Origin: an uncultured Oscillospiraceae bacterium | GTDB taxonomy: Bacteria; Bacillota; Clostridia; Oscillospirales; Oscillospiraceae | Length of the DNA stretch: 63,827 nt | Direction of reading: 5' to 3' | Assembly (NCBI GenBank): GCA_964640905.1 | Contig: CAZXIW010000001.1 | Location: forward strand, 1-63,827 | Part shown: positions 18,371 to 27,722 of the stretch, one piece after another | Layout of the letters: each line of letters starts with the position of its first letter | How positions within the stretch are numbered: the stretch's first letter is position 1 | Position numbers and translations under genes: made by a program | Notes under the pieces: generated by a model | Told to the model about the DNA's origin: nothing | The model's input: only the letters and a program-made list of their open reading frames with translations | The model's database searches: none

Positions 18371-18979
18371 ATGAAAAAACGGTACTTAACGCTCGTATGT
18401 CTCATTCTGGCGGCAAGCGTGAGCAGCCTCTGCGCCTTCTCGCAGAGCCGCCAGCAGGCGCTGGCGCAAAAGCTCATCCGGCTGCATGTTGTCGCGGCGT
18501 CTGACAGTCCAGATGACCAGCGCATCAAGCTTTCCGTGCGCGACGCGGTCTTGTCGCAGGCGCAGGCACTTTTGCAGGACGCGCCGGACGCGGCGCAGGC
18601 GCTGCACGAAAATCTTCCGGCGCTGACGCACGCGGCCAACGAAGCGCTGCGCGCGCAGGGAAGCCGCGACGAGGCGCGCGTGACGCTTCAATATGAGCTC
18701 TTTCCCACGCGCAGGTATGAGACCTTCCGTCTCCCGGCGGGGACATACCAGACACTTCGCGTCTGCATTGGCGCGGGCGCGGGGCACAACTGGTGGTGCG
18801 TGCTTTTCCCGGCGCTGTGTCTGGCCGGCGGGGAGAGGGAATTTAAAGCGGCCGCGCAAAAGGCCGGGCTTACGGCAGGGGAGCTTACGCTCATGACCTG
18901 CGAGGATGAGCCGGTTGAGCTGGAATTCTGGACGCTTACACAGCTTGAAAAACTGAAAAAAACTTTATGGGGCGCGTAA
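18371..18979 (+). CDS. spoIIR: Stage II sporulation protein R
   Basis: Signal peptide; IRLHVVAASDS...DQRIKLSVRD, FPTRRY and GHNWWCVLFP motifs. Confidence 0.95.
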   Translation: MKKRYLTLVCLILAASVSSLCAFSQSRQQALAQKLIRLHVVAASDSPDDQRIKLSVRDAVLSQAQALLQDAPDAAQALHENLPALTHAANEALRAQGSRDEARVTLQYELFPTRRYETFRLPAGTYQTLRVCIGAGAGHNWWCVLFPALCLAGGEREFKAAAQKAGLTAGELTLMTCEDEPVELEFWTLTQLEKLKKTLWGA

Positions 18980-19045
18980 AGCGTCCTTTTTTTTACCCAC
19001 TTAAACTGCTATAATAGAAAAAACAGTCGAAAGGAGGCGGCGCAC

Positions 19046-22000
19046 TTGCTGCACCTTGTTTTGGGCACAGACCGGCAGGCCGGAACAGACCTTCTCACCG
19101 AGACCATCTGCCGCCGGGCAGAGGCCGGAATCGGGCATCAGATCTTCATCGTGCCGGAGCAGTATTCCTTTGATACCGAGCGCCTGCTTTGCAGCCGCGG
19201 CGGCGACAAAATCAGCCGCTTTGCCGAGGTTTTGAGCTTCACGCGCCTTGCCAGCCGCGTGTTTTCGCTCTATGGCGGCGTGAGCGAGGAATTTCTGGAT
19301 GAGGGCGGGCGGCTTCTGACGCTCTATCTTGCCGCCGAGCGCGTTAAGACGCAGATCAAGTACTATGCCGCCTCGCTTCTGCGGCCGGAATTTCTGCTTC
19401 AGCTCGGCACGCTCCTTGAGGAATTCATGACCTGCTGCATCACGCCGGAGCAGCTGACGCAGGCCGCCGGGCGCATGCAGGCGCAGCAGGCACAGAAGCT
19501 GACAGAGCTTGCGCTTCTCTATGAGAGCTATCTGTCCGTCTGCAAAACAGGCCGCGCAGACCCCGTGACGCGCCAGGTGCGGCTGGCGGAAATTCTCGCG
19601 CGCGAGGATTACTGCGCTGGAAAGCGCTTTTATTTTGACGGCTTTACGGATTTTACCGCCGTGCAGCTTCGGATTCTGGAGCTGCTTTTGCCGCAGGCTG
19701 AGGAGGTTCAGGTCTTTTTATGCACCGACGGCTCCTCGCGCGCGGCCTGCGCGACAGGAAGCCAGACGGCGCGGACGCTTGAAAAGCTTGCGGCGCGGCG
19801 CAATGTGCCTGTGCAGCGCACACAGCTTGCGCCCACGACCGCCCGGCCAAAGGCGCTTACCTTCTGGCTCTCACATCTTCTGGACGCAGACGCCAGCGCA
19901 CTGGAGGAAAGCGCACCGGCGCTCACGCTGGTTCCGGCAGAGACCTGCGCGAAGGCCGCGCAGGCAGCCGCCGGCATCATCCAGACTCTGACGCAGAAGG
20001 GCGCACGCTGGCGGCAGATTGCAATCGCCGTGACCGCGCCCGCGTATGAAAGCGCTCTTCGCCCCATGCTCGCGCGCGCCGGAATCGGCGCATATTACGC
20101 AGGAAACGTCGATATTCTGCAAAAGCCGATGCTACAGGCCGTTCTGGCCGCAATGCAGGCGGCAAGCCGCTTTTCCTATGAGGATGTGATGCAGTATCTC
20201 AAATCCGGCTACGCGCCGCTCACGCAGGAGGCCTGTGACCGCGTGGAAAAATACGCCTATTTCTGGGGCATTCGCGGCGCGCAGTGGCTCACAGACTGGA
20301 CGCGCCACCCGGACGGCTACGGCCATGCGCTCGACGAGGCCGCGCAGGAGACGCTTTCCTGCCTGAACCTCTGGCGCGAGGGCGCAATTGCGCCGCTCCG
20401 CGCGCTGCACAGCGCCTGGGGCGCATCGCGAACCGTTTCCGCGCGGGTGCATGCGCTGTGCGATTTTCTTGAGCAGACACACTTCCCGGAGACGGCCTGT
20501 GAGCAGACGAACGAGCTTTATGAGCAGGGGAATTTGCAGCTTGCGCAGGAGCAGGAGCAGCTCTATGAGATTTTGATGACCGCCATCGAGCAGCTGGAGC
20601 TGGTGCTGGGGGCGCAGGAGCTGGAGCTTGAGCGGTTTTTACAGCTGTTTCGGATGCTGCTTGGGCAGTATCAGGTCGGCTCGATTCCGGCCACGCTCGA
20701 CCAGGTGCTTGTCGGTGAGCTTGCAGCCATGCGCAATCTGCGCGCAGAGCATCTGATCGTTCTGGGCGCGGACGAGGGGAGCTTTCCGGCCTTCTCGCAG
20801 GAGGAGGGGCTGCTGCTTGATTCTGAGCGGCAGAAGCTGCTTGCGCTTGGCATCGCGCTCTCGCCCAGCAGCGAGGCGCGCCTTGGGCGCGAGCTTGCCT
20901 GGACACAGCTGGCTCTGCAAAGCGCCGGAAGCTCGGTCTGGCTGATCTCCGGAAGCGAGCAGCCCTCCTATCTTCTGGAACGGACGCAGAAGCTTCTTCC
21001 GCAGTGCCGCGTTCTTTCGCCGCAGGCGCTTCCGTTTTACCCGGACAATGCCGCGCTTGCAGCGGCCTGTCTGCGCGAAAAGCGCCAGCCCGCCGCAGCC
21101 AGCCCGATTCTTTTGCAGCTCACACAGGAGCTTTCGCAAAAGTGCGCCTATGGCTTTTCTCCGCTTTCCAGAGCTTCTGTCCAGTCGCTTTACGGAAGCG
21201 CGCTTCAGCTCTCTGCCTCGCGCCTTGACCGCTTTGCCGGCTGCCGCTATGCGTTTTTCCTGCGCGACGGGCTGAAGCTTGCGCCCTGGCGGCAGGCCAG
21301 CTTCGACGCGCCCGCATTCGGCACCTTCGCGCACTATGTTCTCGAATGCACCGTGCGCGAGGTGATGGCGCAGGGCGGCTTTCACGATGTGGCGGAGGAG
21401 CAGGTTCTTTCCATCGCCGCACAGCACATCGAGCACTACACACAGCGCTATCTCTCCGAGCTTGACGCGCAGGAGGGTCGGACGCCGTATCTGTTCCAGC
21501 GCAACCGGGAGGAGCTTCTTTCGGTCGTGCGCAATGTGGCGCAGGAGCTTCGGCAGACGCAGTTTCAGCCCTGCGACGTGGAGCTGGCCTTTTCAAAGGA
21601 CGGTGCGCTTCCGCCCGTCTACATCCAGACGCCAGACGGGCAGGCTGTGCTCTCCGGCTTTGTTGACCGGGTCGACATCTGCCATACGGCGGGCGCAGAT
21701 TATTTCCGCGTGATCGACTACAAAACCGGCCACAAGGATTTTGACTATACCGATCTTCTGTGCGGGCAGGGGCTTCAGATGCTTCTGTACCTCTTTGCCA
21801 TTGCGCGCTCTCAGCGTGCGCATCCTGCCGCCGGGCGAAGGCCGGCGGGCGTGCTCTATGTGCCGGGGCGCTATGACATGGCGCGCCTTGAGCCGGGGCA
21901 GGGAGAGGCGGAGCTTACCCGTCTGCGCGAAAAGAGCGCGCAGTATCAGGGGCTTGTGCTTGACGACGCGCAGGTCTTGCAGGCCATGGAGCCGGGCGAA

Positions 22001-22306
22001 ACGCCAAAATATCTGCCGGTTCAGTGTAAACGCGGCGAGCGGACGGGCGACCTTGCATCCAGCGAGCAGTTCCGGCTGCTTGAGCGCTTCATCGCGCAGA
22101 GCCTTCGCACCATGACGGGCGAAATTTTCTCCGGCGCAGTCACCCCGAACCCTGTCATTCGCGGGCCAATGGTCTCAAGCTGCCAGTACTGCGAGTATCA
22201 GACGGCATGCCATAAGGATCTTTGCCGGGTGCAGCCGCGTTATCTGAAAAAAATCGGCGCAGAGGAATTCTGGGCAGAGCTTCAAAGGAGGGAGCAAAAT
22301 GGCTGA
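19046..22306 (+). CDS. addB: ATP-dependent helicase/nuclease subunit B
   Basis: IVPEQYSF, VLSFTRLA, DGFTDF, GFVDRVD...IDYKTG and C-terminal CQYC..C; adjacent to addA. Confidence 0.92.
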   Translation: MLHLVLGTDRQAGTDLLTETICRRAEAGIGHQIFIVPEQYSFDTERLLCSRGGDKISRFAEVLSFTRLASRVFSLYGGVSEEFLDEGGRLLTLYLAAERVKTQIKYYAASLLRPEFLLQLGTLLEEFMTCCITPEQLTQAAGRMQAQQAQKLTELALLYESYLSVCKTGRADPVTRQVRLAEILAREDYCAGKRFYFDGFTDFTAVQLRILELLLPQAEEVQVFLCTDGSSRAACATGSQTARTLEKLAARRNVPVQRTQLAPTTARPKALTFWLSHLLDADASALEESAPALTLVPAETCAKAAQAAAGIIQTLTQKGARWRQIAIAVTAPAYESALRPMLARAGIGAYYAGNVDILQKPMLQAVLAAMQAASRFSYEDVMQYLKSGYAPLTQEACDRVEKYAYFWGIRGAQWLTDWTRHPDGYGHALDEAAQETLSCLNLWREGAIAPLRALHSAWGASRTVSARVHALCDFLEQTHFPETACEQTNELYEQGNLQLAQEQEQLYEILMTAIEQLELVLGAQELELERFLQLFRMLLGQYQVGSIPATLDQVLVGELAAMRNLRAEHLIVLGADEGSFPAFSQEEGLLLDSERQKLLALGIALSPSSEARLGRELAWTQLALQSAGSSVWLISGSEQPSYLLERTQKLLPQCRVLSPQALPFYPDNAALAAACLREKRQPAAASPILLQLTQELSQKCAYGFSPLSRASVQSLYGSALQLSASRLDRFAGCRYAFFLRDGLKLAPWRQASFDAPAFGTFAHYVLECTVREVMAQGGFHDVAEEQVLSIAAQHIEHYTQRYLSELDAQEGRTPYLFQRNREELLSVVRNVAQELRQTQFQPCDVELAFSKDGALPPVYIQTPDGQAVLSGFVDRVDICHTAGADYFRVIDYKTGHKDFDYTDLLCGQGLQMLLYLFAIARSQRAHPAAGRRPAGVLYVPGRYDMARLEPGQGEAELTRLREKSAQYQGLVLDDAQVLQAMEPGETPKYLPVQCKRGERTGDLASSEQFRLLERFIAQSLRTMTGEIFSGAVTPNPVIRGPMVSSCQYCEYQTACHKDLCRVQPRYLKKIGAEEFWAELQRREQNG

Positions 22307-25300
22307 GATCAGGCTGACAGAGCATCAACAGGCCGTGGTAGAAAACCGCGGCGGCGCGCTGCTTGTTTCGGCGGCGGCAGGCTCCGGCAAGACCAAGGTG
22401 CTGGTCGACCGGCTGCTGCGCTATCTCACCAACCCGGACGCGCCCTGCAACATTGACGAATTTCTCATGATTACCTACACCAAGGCCGCCGCCAGCGAGC
22501 TGCGGGGAAAGATCAACGCCGAAATCACGCGCCGTCTGGCGCGCAATCCCGACAACCGCCATTTGCAGCGCCAGCTGACAAGAATCCATCTCGCGCAGAT
22601 CTCAACGGTTCATGCCTTCTGCACGACCCTCCTGCGGCGCTTTGCCGCGCAGTGTGATCTGCCGCCGGATTTTCGCGTCTGCGAGCAGACGCAGGCCGAC
22701 ACCATCCGGCAGGAGGTCTTCCAGAGCGTTCTGGAGGAGGCTTACCGCCAGCAAGGCACCGACGCGGCGCTGCGGGCAATGATCGACCAGCTAGGCTTTG
22801 GCCGGGACGACCGGCGGCTTCAGGCGCTCTGCTTCTCCTGCTACGACGCCATCCGCTGCCGCCGGGATGCAGAGGGCTGGATGGCGCGTGCGCTTGCCGC
22901 CTGCCAGAATCCGGGCGCGCTTTCCGAGAGCGTCTGGGGCAAATTCTGGCTGGATAAGCTTCAGCAGGCGCTCGGCTTTGCCGCAGAGAATCTTCAAAAG
23001 GCGCTGGCGCTTTTGCCGTATGACGACGCGCTGAACGAAAAATATACCCCGCTTTTTGAAAAGAATCTTTCTCAGGTGCAGACCCTTGCCGCGCAGACCG
23101 GCTGGGATGCGGTACGCGAAAACCGGATTGCAGACTTTGGCAGGCTTCCGCCCGTGCGCGCATGTGAAAACGAGGAAATAAAGCTGCGCGCGCAGAAGCT
23201 CCGCAAGGACGCGCTTGAAGCCATCCGCGACGCACAGCGCGCGCTCTATGCAGACGAGCAGACCGTGCGCGCCGATCTTCTGGCTACAAGCCCTGCCATT
23301 GAGGGGCTCTGGCGGCTGCTGCAAAGCTTTGACGAGGCCTTTACGCGCGAAAAGCGGCGGCGCAAGCTTCTGGACTTTTCAGACCTGGAGCATAAGGCCA
23401 TCCGGCTGCTTGTCAAAAAGGACGGCACGCCGACAAGCGCCGCGCGCGAGGTCGCCGCGCAGTACCGGGAGATTCTGGTCGATGAGTATCAGGACTCCAA
23501 CGAAGTGCAGGAGTGCATCTTTGAGGCTGTATCACAGGGCGGGCAAAACCGCTTTCTGGTCGGCGACGTGAAGCAGTCCATCTACCGCTTCCGGCTGGCA
23601 GACCCCGGCATTTTCCTGCAAAAATATGAGCAGTATCCCCTCTACACCGATGCCTCCCCCGGCCAGCCGCGAAAAATTCTGCTCTCTGATAACTTCCGCT
23701 CCCGCAAGGAAGTTCTTGCGGCGGCAAACGATGTCTTTTCTCTTTGCATGCAGGGAGAAGACCTTGAGCTTCGCTATACAGACGCGGAAAAGCTCCGCGC
23801 CGGGCTGAGCTACCCCGAAACGCCCACGCCAAAGGTCGAGCTTTGCTGCATCGATCTTGACGCTGCCGCGCAGGAGGGCGAGCAGTCACCCGAAAAGCGC
23901 GAGGTCGAGGCGCAGTTTGTGGCCGGAAAGATCCGGGCGCTTCTCGACGCGCAGACCCCTGTCACAGACGGCGGCGCGCTCCGCCCGGTTCGCCCGGGGG
24001 ACATCGTCATTCTCATGCGCTCGCCGGGGCAGAACGCGGCCAGCTACCAGAAGGCGCTGGGAAGCGTCGGGATCGCGGCAAGCTGCGACCGGGGCGAGAG
24101 CATCTTTGAGAGCACCGAGGTGCAGATTCTGACCGCCATCTTGCAGATCATCGACAACCCGCACCGCGATGTGCCGCTTGTAACGGCACTGGCCAGCCCG
24201 GTCTTTGCCGTCTCGCCGGAGGAGCTGGCGCACCTGCGCGCCGCCCGGCGGACAGGGGATTACTATGATTGTCTTCTGGCCGCGCCGGAGCGGGGGAAGA
24301 AGCTGGACGATTTTCTAAGCTGGCTCTCGCAGATGCGCGAAAAAAGCCGCCTTCTTGGCGTGTCTGAGCTCATTGACCTGGTGCTGCAAACAACAAAAAT
24401 GGCCGATATTTTTTCCGCCATGGATGACGGCGCGGCGCGCGCGGAAAACCTCGCGCTGCTGCGCACGCAGGCGGTAAGCTTTGAAGCGCTTGGAAACCGG
24501 AGTCTCATGGGCTTTCTTGCCCAGCTTGCGCAGCTGGAGCAGGCCGCAGGCGCGCTTGCCGCGCCCGGCGGCGCGCGGGAGGATGCAGTTCAGATCATGA
24601 GCATCCACAAGTCCAAGGGGCTGGAGTTTCCGGTCGTATTTCTGGCCGACCTTTCGCGGCGCTTTAACCTGCGGGACGCTTCAATGGGCGTGCTGCTCGA
24701 CGAGACGCTTTTTGCGGGCGCAAATGTCGTTGACCTCAGGACGCGCTCGTATTACCCCTCGCTTGCGCGCATGGCGATTGCCGAAAAGAAAACCATGCAG
24801 ACAATTGCCGAGGAGCTTCGCGTTTTATATGTCGCCATGACGCGGGCAAAGGAAATGCTCATCATGAGCTACTGCGCCGCAAAGCTTCCCGGCATTCTCA
24901 AAAAGTGGAACGAGGCGCTGGAGCTTCCGCTCCCGCCGCGCACGGCGGCCAGCGCCCTTTGCCTTGGCGACTGGGTTCTGATGACGGCGCTTACCAAAAC
25001 CGAGGCCGGGGCGCTTTTCGCCGAGGCTGGCCCGAATGCCATCAGCCGCCCGTCAGAGCACCCCTGGAAAATTTCCTTCTGCCGCGCAAGCCAGCTTGCA
25101 GCGCCCTCCGCGCCGGCCGCCACGCCTGCCGCTTCCGCGCCGCAGACGCCCCAGCCACTTCCGGCTGCACCTGCGCCGTATGCATACCTTGCCGCGTCGC
25201 AGATGCCCTCCAAGCTGACCGCAACCGCGCTCAAGGGCAGAAATCTTGACGACGAGGCCGCCGAGCGAACCGCGCAGGCTACCAAAGCGCCGGAGCGCTT

Positions 25301-25841
25301 CCGTCTGCCCTGCTTATCTGCCGGGCGCGCGCCCGGCGCGAAGGCGCGCGGCAGCGCAACACATCTTTTCATGCAGTTTGCGTCCTATGAGGCCTGCCAG
25401 ACAAAAGAGGGCATTGAGGCCGAGCTTGCGCGGCTGGTCGCGGCGCACTTTCTCTCGCCGGAGCAGGCGGAAAGCGTCCGGCAGGATGAAATCCTCGCGC
25501 TCTTTTCCTCGCCCTTTGGCGCGCGGATCTTACATGCGCCGGAGCTTCACCGGGAGTTTAAATTCTCTATTCTGACCGACGCCGGGGAATATGACCCCGC
25601 CGCAAAGGAAGAGCATGTCATGCTACAGGGCGTGGTCGACTGCTTCTGGATTGAAGACGGAGGCATCGTGCTCATCGACTTTAAAACCGACAAAACGCCC
25701 TATGGCCCAGCCGAGCGCGCAGCACACTACGCGCCGCAGCTAAACGCCTATGCAAAGGCGCTTTCCAGAATGTACGGTCTGCCGGTTCGGGAAAAAATTC
25801 TCTATTTCTTCTCCTGCGCCTGCGCATATGTGCTTGAATAA
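22299..25841 (+). CDS. addA: ATP-dependent helicase/nuclease subunit A
   Basis: AAAGSGKT, VDEYQD, VGDVKQSIYRFR, SIHKSKGLEFPVV and GVVD..IDFKTD motifs. Confidence 0.96.
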   Translation: MAEIRLTEHQQAVVENRGGALLVSAAAGSGKTKVLVDRLLRYLTNPDAPCNIDEFLMITYTKAAASELRGKINAEITRRLARNPDNRHLQRQLTRIHLAQISTVHAFCTTLLRRFAAQCDLPPDFRVCEQTQADTIRQEVFQSVLEEAYRQQGTDAALRAMIDQLGFGRDDRRLQALCFSCYDAIRCRRDAEGWMARALAACQNPGALSESVWGKFWLDKLQQALGFAAENLQKALALLPYDDALNEKYTPLFEKNLSQVQTLAAQTGWDAVRENRIADFGRLPPVRACENEEIKLRAQKLRKDALEAIRDAQRALYADEQTVRADLLATSPAIEGLWRLLQSFDEAFTREKRRRKLLDFSDLEHKAIRLLVKKDGTPTSAAREVAAQYREILVDEYQDSNEVQECIFEAVSQGGQNRFLVGDVKQSIYRFRLADPGIFLQKYEQYPLYTDASPGQPRKILLSDNFRSRKEVLAAANDVFSLCMQGEDLELRYTDAEKLRAGLSYPETPTPKVELCCIDLDAAAQEGEQSPEKREVEAQFVAGKIRALLDAQTPVTDGGALRPVRPGDIVILMRSPGQNAASYQKALGSVGIAASCDRGESIFESTEVQILTAILQIIDNPHRDVPLVTALASPVFAVSPEELAHLRAARRTGDYYDCLLAAPERGKKLDDFLSWLSQMREKSRLLGVSELIDLVLQTTKMADIFSAMDDGAARAENLALLRTQAVSFEALGNRSLMGFLAQLAQLEQAAGALAAPGGAREDAVQIMSIHKSKGLEFPVVFLADLSRRFNLRDASMGVLLDETLFAGANVVDLRTRSYYPSLARMAIAEKKTMQTIAEELRVLYVAMTRAKEMLIMSYCAAKLPGILKKWNEALELPLPPRTAASALCLGDWVLMTALTKTEAGALFAEAGPNAISRPSEHPWKISFCRASQLAAPSAPAATPAASAPQTPQPLPAAPAPYAYLAASQMPSKLTATALKGRNLDDEAAERTAQATKAPERFRLPCLSAGRAPGAKARGSATHLFMQFASYEACQTKEGIEAELARLVAAHFLSPEQAESVRQDEILALFSSPFGARILHAPELHREFKFSILTDAGEYDPAAKEEHVMLQGVVDCFWIEDGGIVLIDFKTDKTPYGPAERAAHYAPQLNAYAKALSRMYGLPVREKILYFFSCACAYVLE

Positions 25842-25843
25842 AC

Positions 25844-25874
25844 GGATACCCACCGGCATGGCCGGTGGGTATCC
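25844..25874. terminator. Terminator hairpin between convergent genes
   Basis: GGATACCCACCGGC-atg-GCCGGTGGGTATCC. Confidence 0.8.
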
Positions 25875-25889
25875 TTGTTTCCTGCATGA

Positions 25890-26081
25890 TTACAGGCTCT
25901 GCTTCGTGCGGCTGTTTTTTGCGTTCTGGGCGTTGTTTGCATTCTGAATGTTTTTGGCATTCTGGGTGTTCTGCGCGTTCTTCGCATCCTGCGCGTTCTT
26001 CGCATCCTGCACGTTCTTTGCATTCTGGATATTCTGCGCGTTCTGGCTGGCGCGGCTGGACTGCTGTTTGTTCTGAGACAT
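25890..26081 (-). CDS. 63-aa Asn/Gln/Ala/Lys-rich tripeptide-repeat protein, probable spore protein
   Basis: GGAGG RBS before ATG 26081; MSQNKQQSSRAS followed by ([QKN][ND]x)15 and RTKQSL; own sigmaG-like promoter. Confidence 0.8.
   Translation of the reverse strand: MSQNKQQSSRASQNAQNIQNAKNVQDAKNAQDAKNAQNTQNAKNIQNANNAQNAKNSRTKQSL
25911..26045 (-). repeat. 15 imperfect 9-nt coding tandem repeats (CAG AAC GCG-like)
   Basis: QNA QNI QNA KNV QDA KNA QDA KNA QNT QNA KNI QNA NNA QNA KNS. Confidence 0.9.
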
Positions 26082-26125
26082 AAGATGTTTCCTCCAATTG
26101 TTAAGCTTGCGGCTTCCCGCGCTGA

Positions 26126-26155
26126 TAGTATGCGGCGCAGGCGGTTCCATTATTC
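26126..26155 (-). promoter_or_regulatory. sigmaG-type promoter of the repeat protein
   Basis: GAATA-18-CATACTA. Confidence 0.75.
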
Positions 26156-26512
26156 TCAGCTTTTATCCTTCGGGTCAAAGATGAGCGCGGCAAGAAAGCC
26201 AAAGACAACCGCCGCCGCAATGCCGCCGGCGGCCGCTTTGAGCCCGCCCGTCAGGGCGCCAAGAAGTCCATCGTGCATGACAGCCTCCCGCACGCCTTTG
26301 GAAAGGTTATAGCCAAAGCCCGTCAAAGGGACGGTTGCGCCCGCGCCCGCAAAATCGACCAGCTTTTCATACACGCCCGCGCCGCCCAGGATCACGCCCA
26401 GCACCACATAGAAGACCAGAATTCTTGCCGGAGTCAGCCGTGTCTTATCGATCAGCAGCTGCCCCACCACGCAGATCAGCCCCCCAACAACAAATGCCTT
26501 GAGATATTCCAT
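26156..26512 (-). CDS. spoVAE: Stage V sporulation protein AE (SpoVAEb)
   Basis: YLKAFVVGGLICVVGQ, LTPARILV and GAGATVPLTGFG motifs. Confidence 0.95.
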   Translation of the reverse strand: MEYLKAFVVGGLICVVGQLLIDKTRLTPARILVFYVVLGVILGGAGVYEKLVDFAGAGATVPLTGFGYNLSKGVREAVMHDGLLGALTGGLKAAAGGIAAAVVFGFLAALIFDPKDKS

Positions 26513-26517
26513 ACCTT

Positions 26518-27537
26518 TTACCCTCTTTCCGTAACGATTGAAACGGCGTGGCAGATGCCGGGGATGGATTCTCCCTGCCAGGTCGAGACCGGGGAGAGAA
26601 GCGCCCCCGTCGCGCAGAACAAAAGCCGGTTTACCTCGCGCCGCCGCATTCTTTCCAGCAGATATCCGCACAGAACACTCGCGCTGCATCCGCAGCCAGA
26701 GCCGCCCGCATGAACATCCTGCCGCGCCGCATCAAAGATCATCACGCCGCAGTCGTCATAGCGCCCGGTCAGATCATAGCCGTCCTGCGCCAGCTGCTCA
26801 AGCACAATGCGCTTTCCAAGCGCGCCGAGGTCACCCGTCACGATCAGATCATAGTCCGAAGGCTTTCGGTGCAGATCTTCAAAATGCTGGCGGATGGTGT
26901 CAACTGCGGCGGGCGCCATAGCCGCACCCATGTTGTTGGCGTCCCGGATGCCAAGATCCTGAATTTTCCCAATCGTCGCGCACTCGATGAATGGCCCTTT
27001 TCCGCTCCCGGCCAGAATGCAGCAGCCGCTGGCCGTGACTGTCCACTGCGCGGTCGGCGTGCGCTGGCCGCCGTAGCCAAGGGGAAAGCGGTACTGCCGC
27101 TCAGCCGAGGCAAAGTGCGACGAGGTCAGCGCCGCCGCATGCCGGGCGTAGCCTGCGTTTACAAAGCATGCCGCCAGCAGCAAAGACTCTGCCATCGTCG
27201 AGCACGCGCCGTAAAGGCCAAGGAAGGGGCGCTTTGTCCCGCGCGCGGCAAAGCTTGAGCCGATGCACTGGTTCAGAAGGTCGCCCGCGAAGAGAACATC
27301 GAGCTGCTTCCTTTCAAGCGCCGCCTTCTCCAGAGCCAGCGTGAGCGCCGCCTTCTGAAATTCGCTCTCGGCCTTCTCAAAGCTTTTCTGCGAGAGCTTT
27401 GTGTCTGTGCAGACCCGGTCAAAATATTGCCGCAATGGCCCTTCGCCCTCTTTTTTGCCCGCGACGCAGGCACTTGAAACGATGGCAGGATAATTTGGAA
27501 AGACGATGCTCTGGCATCCTCTGTGGAAATCTGTCAT
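26518..27537 (-). CDS. spoVAD: Stage V sporulation protein AD
   Basis: KEGEGPL, GDLLNQ, GACSTMAE, NNMGAAMAPAA and GGSGCGCSA motifs. Confidence 0.96.
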   Translation of the reverse strand: MTDFHRGCQSIVFPNYPAIVSSACVAGKKEGEGPLRQYFDRVCTDTKLSQKSFEKAESEFQKAALTLALEKAALERKQLDVLFAGDLLNQCIGSSFAARGTKRPFLGLYGACSTMAESLLLAACFVNAGYARHAAALTSSHFASAERQYRFPLGYGGQRTPTAQWTVTASGCCILAGSGKGPFIECATIGKIQDLGIRDANNMGAAMAPAAVDTIRQHFEDLHRKPSDYDLIVTGDLGALGKRIVLEQLAQDGYDLTGRYDDCGVMIFDAARQDVHAGGSGCGCSASVLCGYLLERMRRREVNRLLFCATGALLSPVSTWQGESIPGICHAVSIVTERG

Positions 27538-27567
27538 GGTGCTCGCTCCTTCTTTGTTGCGTAGGCT

Positions 27568-27596
27568 TAGTATGCCAGACGTGCAGGATTTTACGC
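27568..27596 (-). promoter_or_regulatory. sigmaG-type promoter of spoVAD-VAE
   Basis: GCGTA-17-CATACTA; spoVA is a known sigmaG operon. Confidence 0.65.
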
Positions 27597-27619
27597 ATGG
27601 CTGCTATGCTTTTGCACAG

Positions 27620-27722
27620 CAAAAAAATACTGTGGCAGAGAGCTGCCACAGCAAAGAGGAATGGAAAAATGAAAAAGAAGTCGCACCCATATTGTGTGCG
27701 GCTTCCTTCTTTTTCATACACT
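27620..27722 (-). ncRNA. Candidate small RNA (hairpin, CU-rich linker, terminator)
   Basis: ATGAAAAAGAAG...CTTCTTTTTCAT stem, then TTTTCCATTCCTCTTT, then CTGTGGCAG/CTGCCACAG stem with TATTTTTTT. Confidence 0.4.

Noticed and set aside
19046-25841. Helicase-nuclease pair as a novel defence system
   Set aside because: Motifs, sizes and gene order match housekeeping AddAB
25911-26045. Repeat arrays as a possible CRISPR (also 43171-43217)
   Set aside because: Contiguous 9- or 18-nt in-frame coding repeats with no spacers and no cas genes
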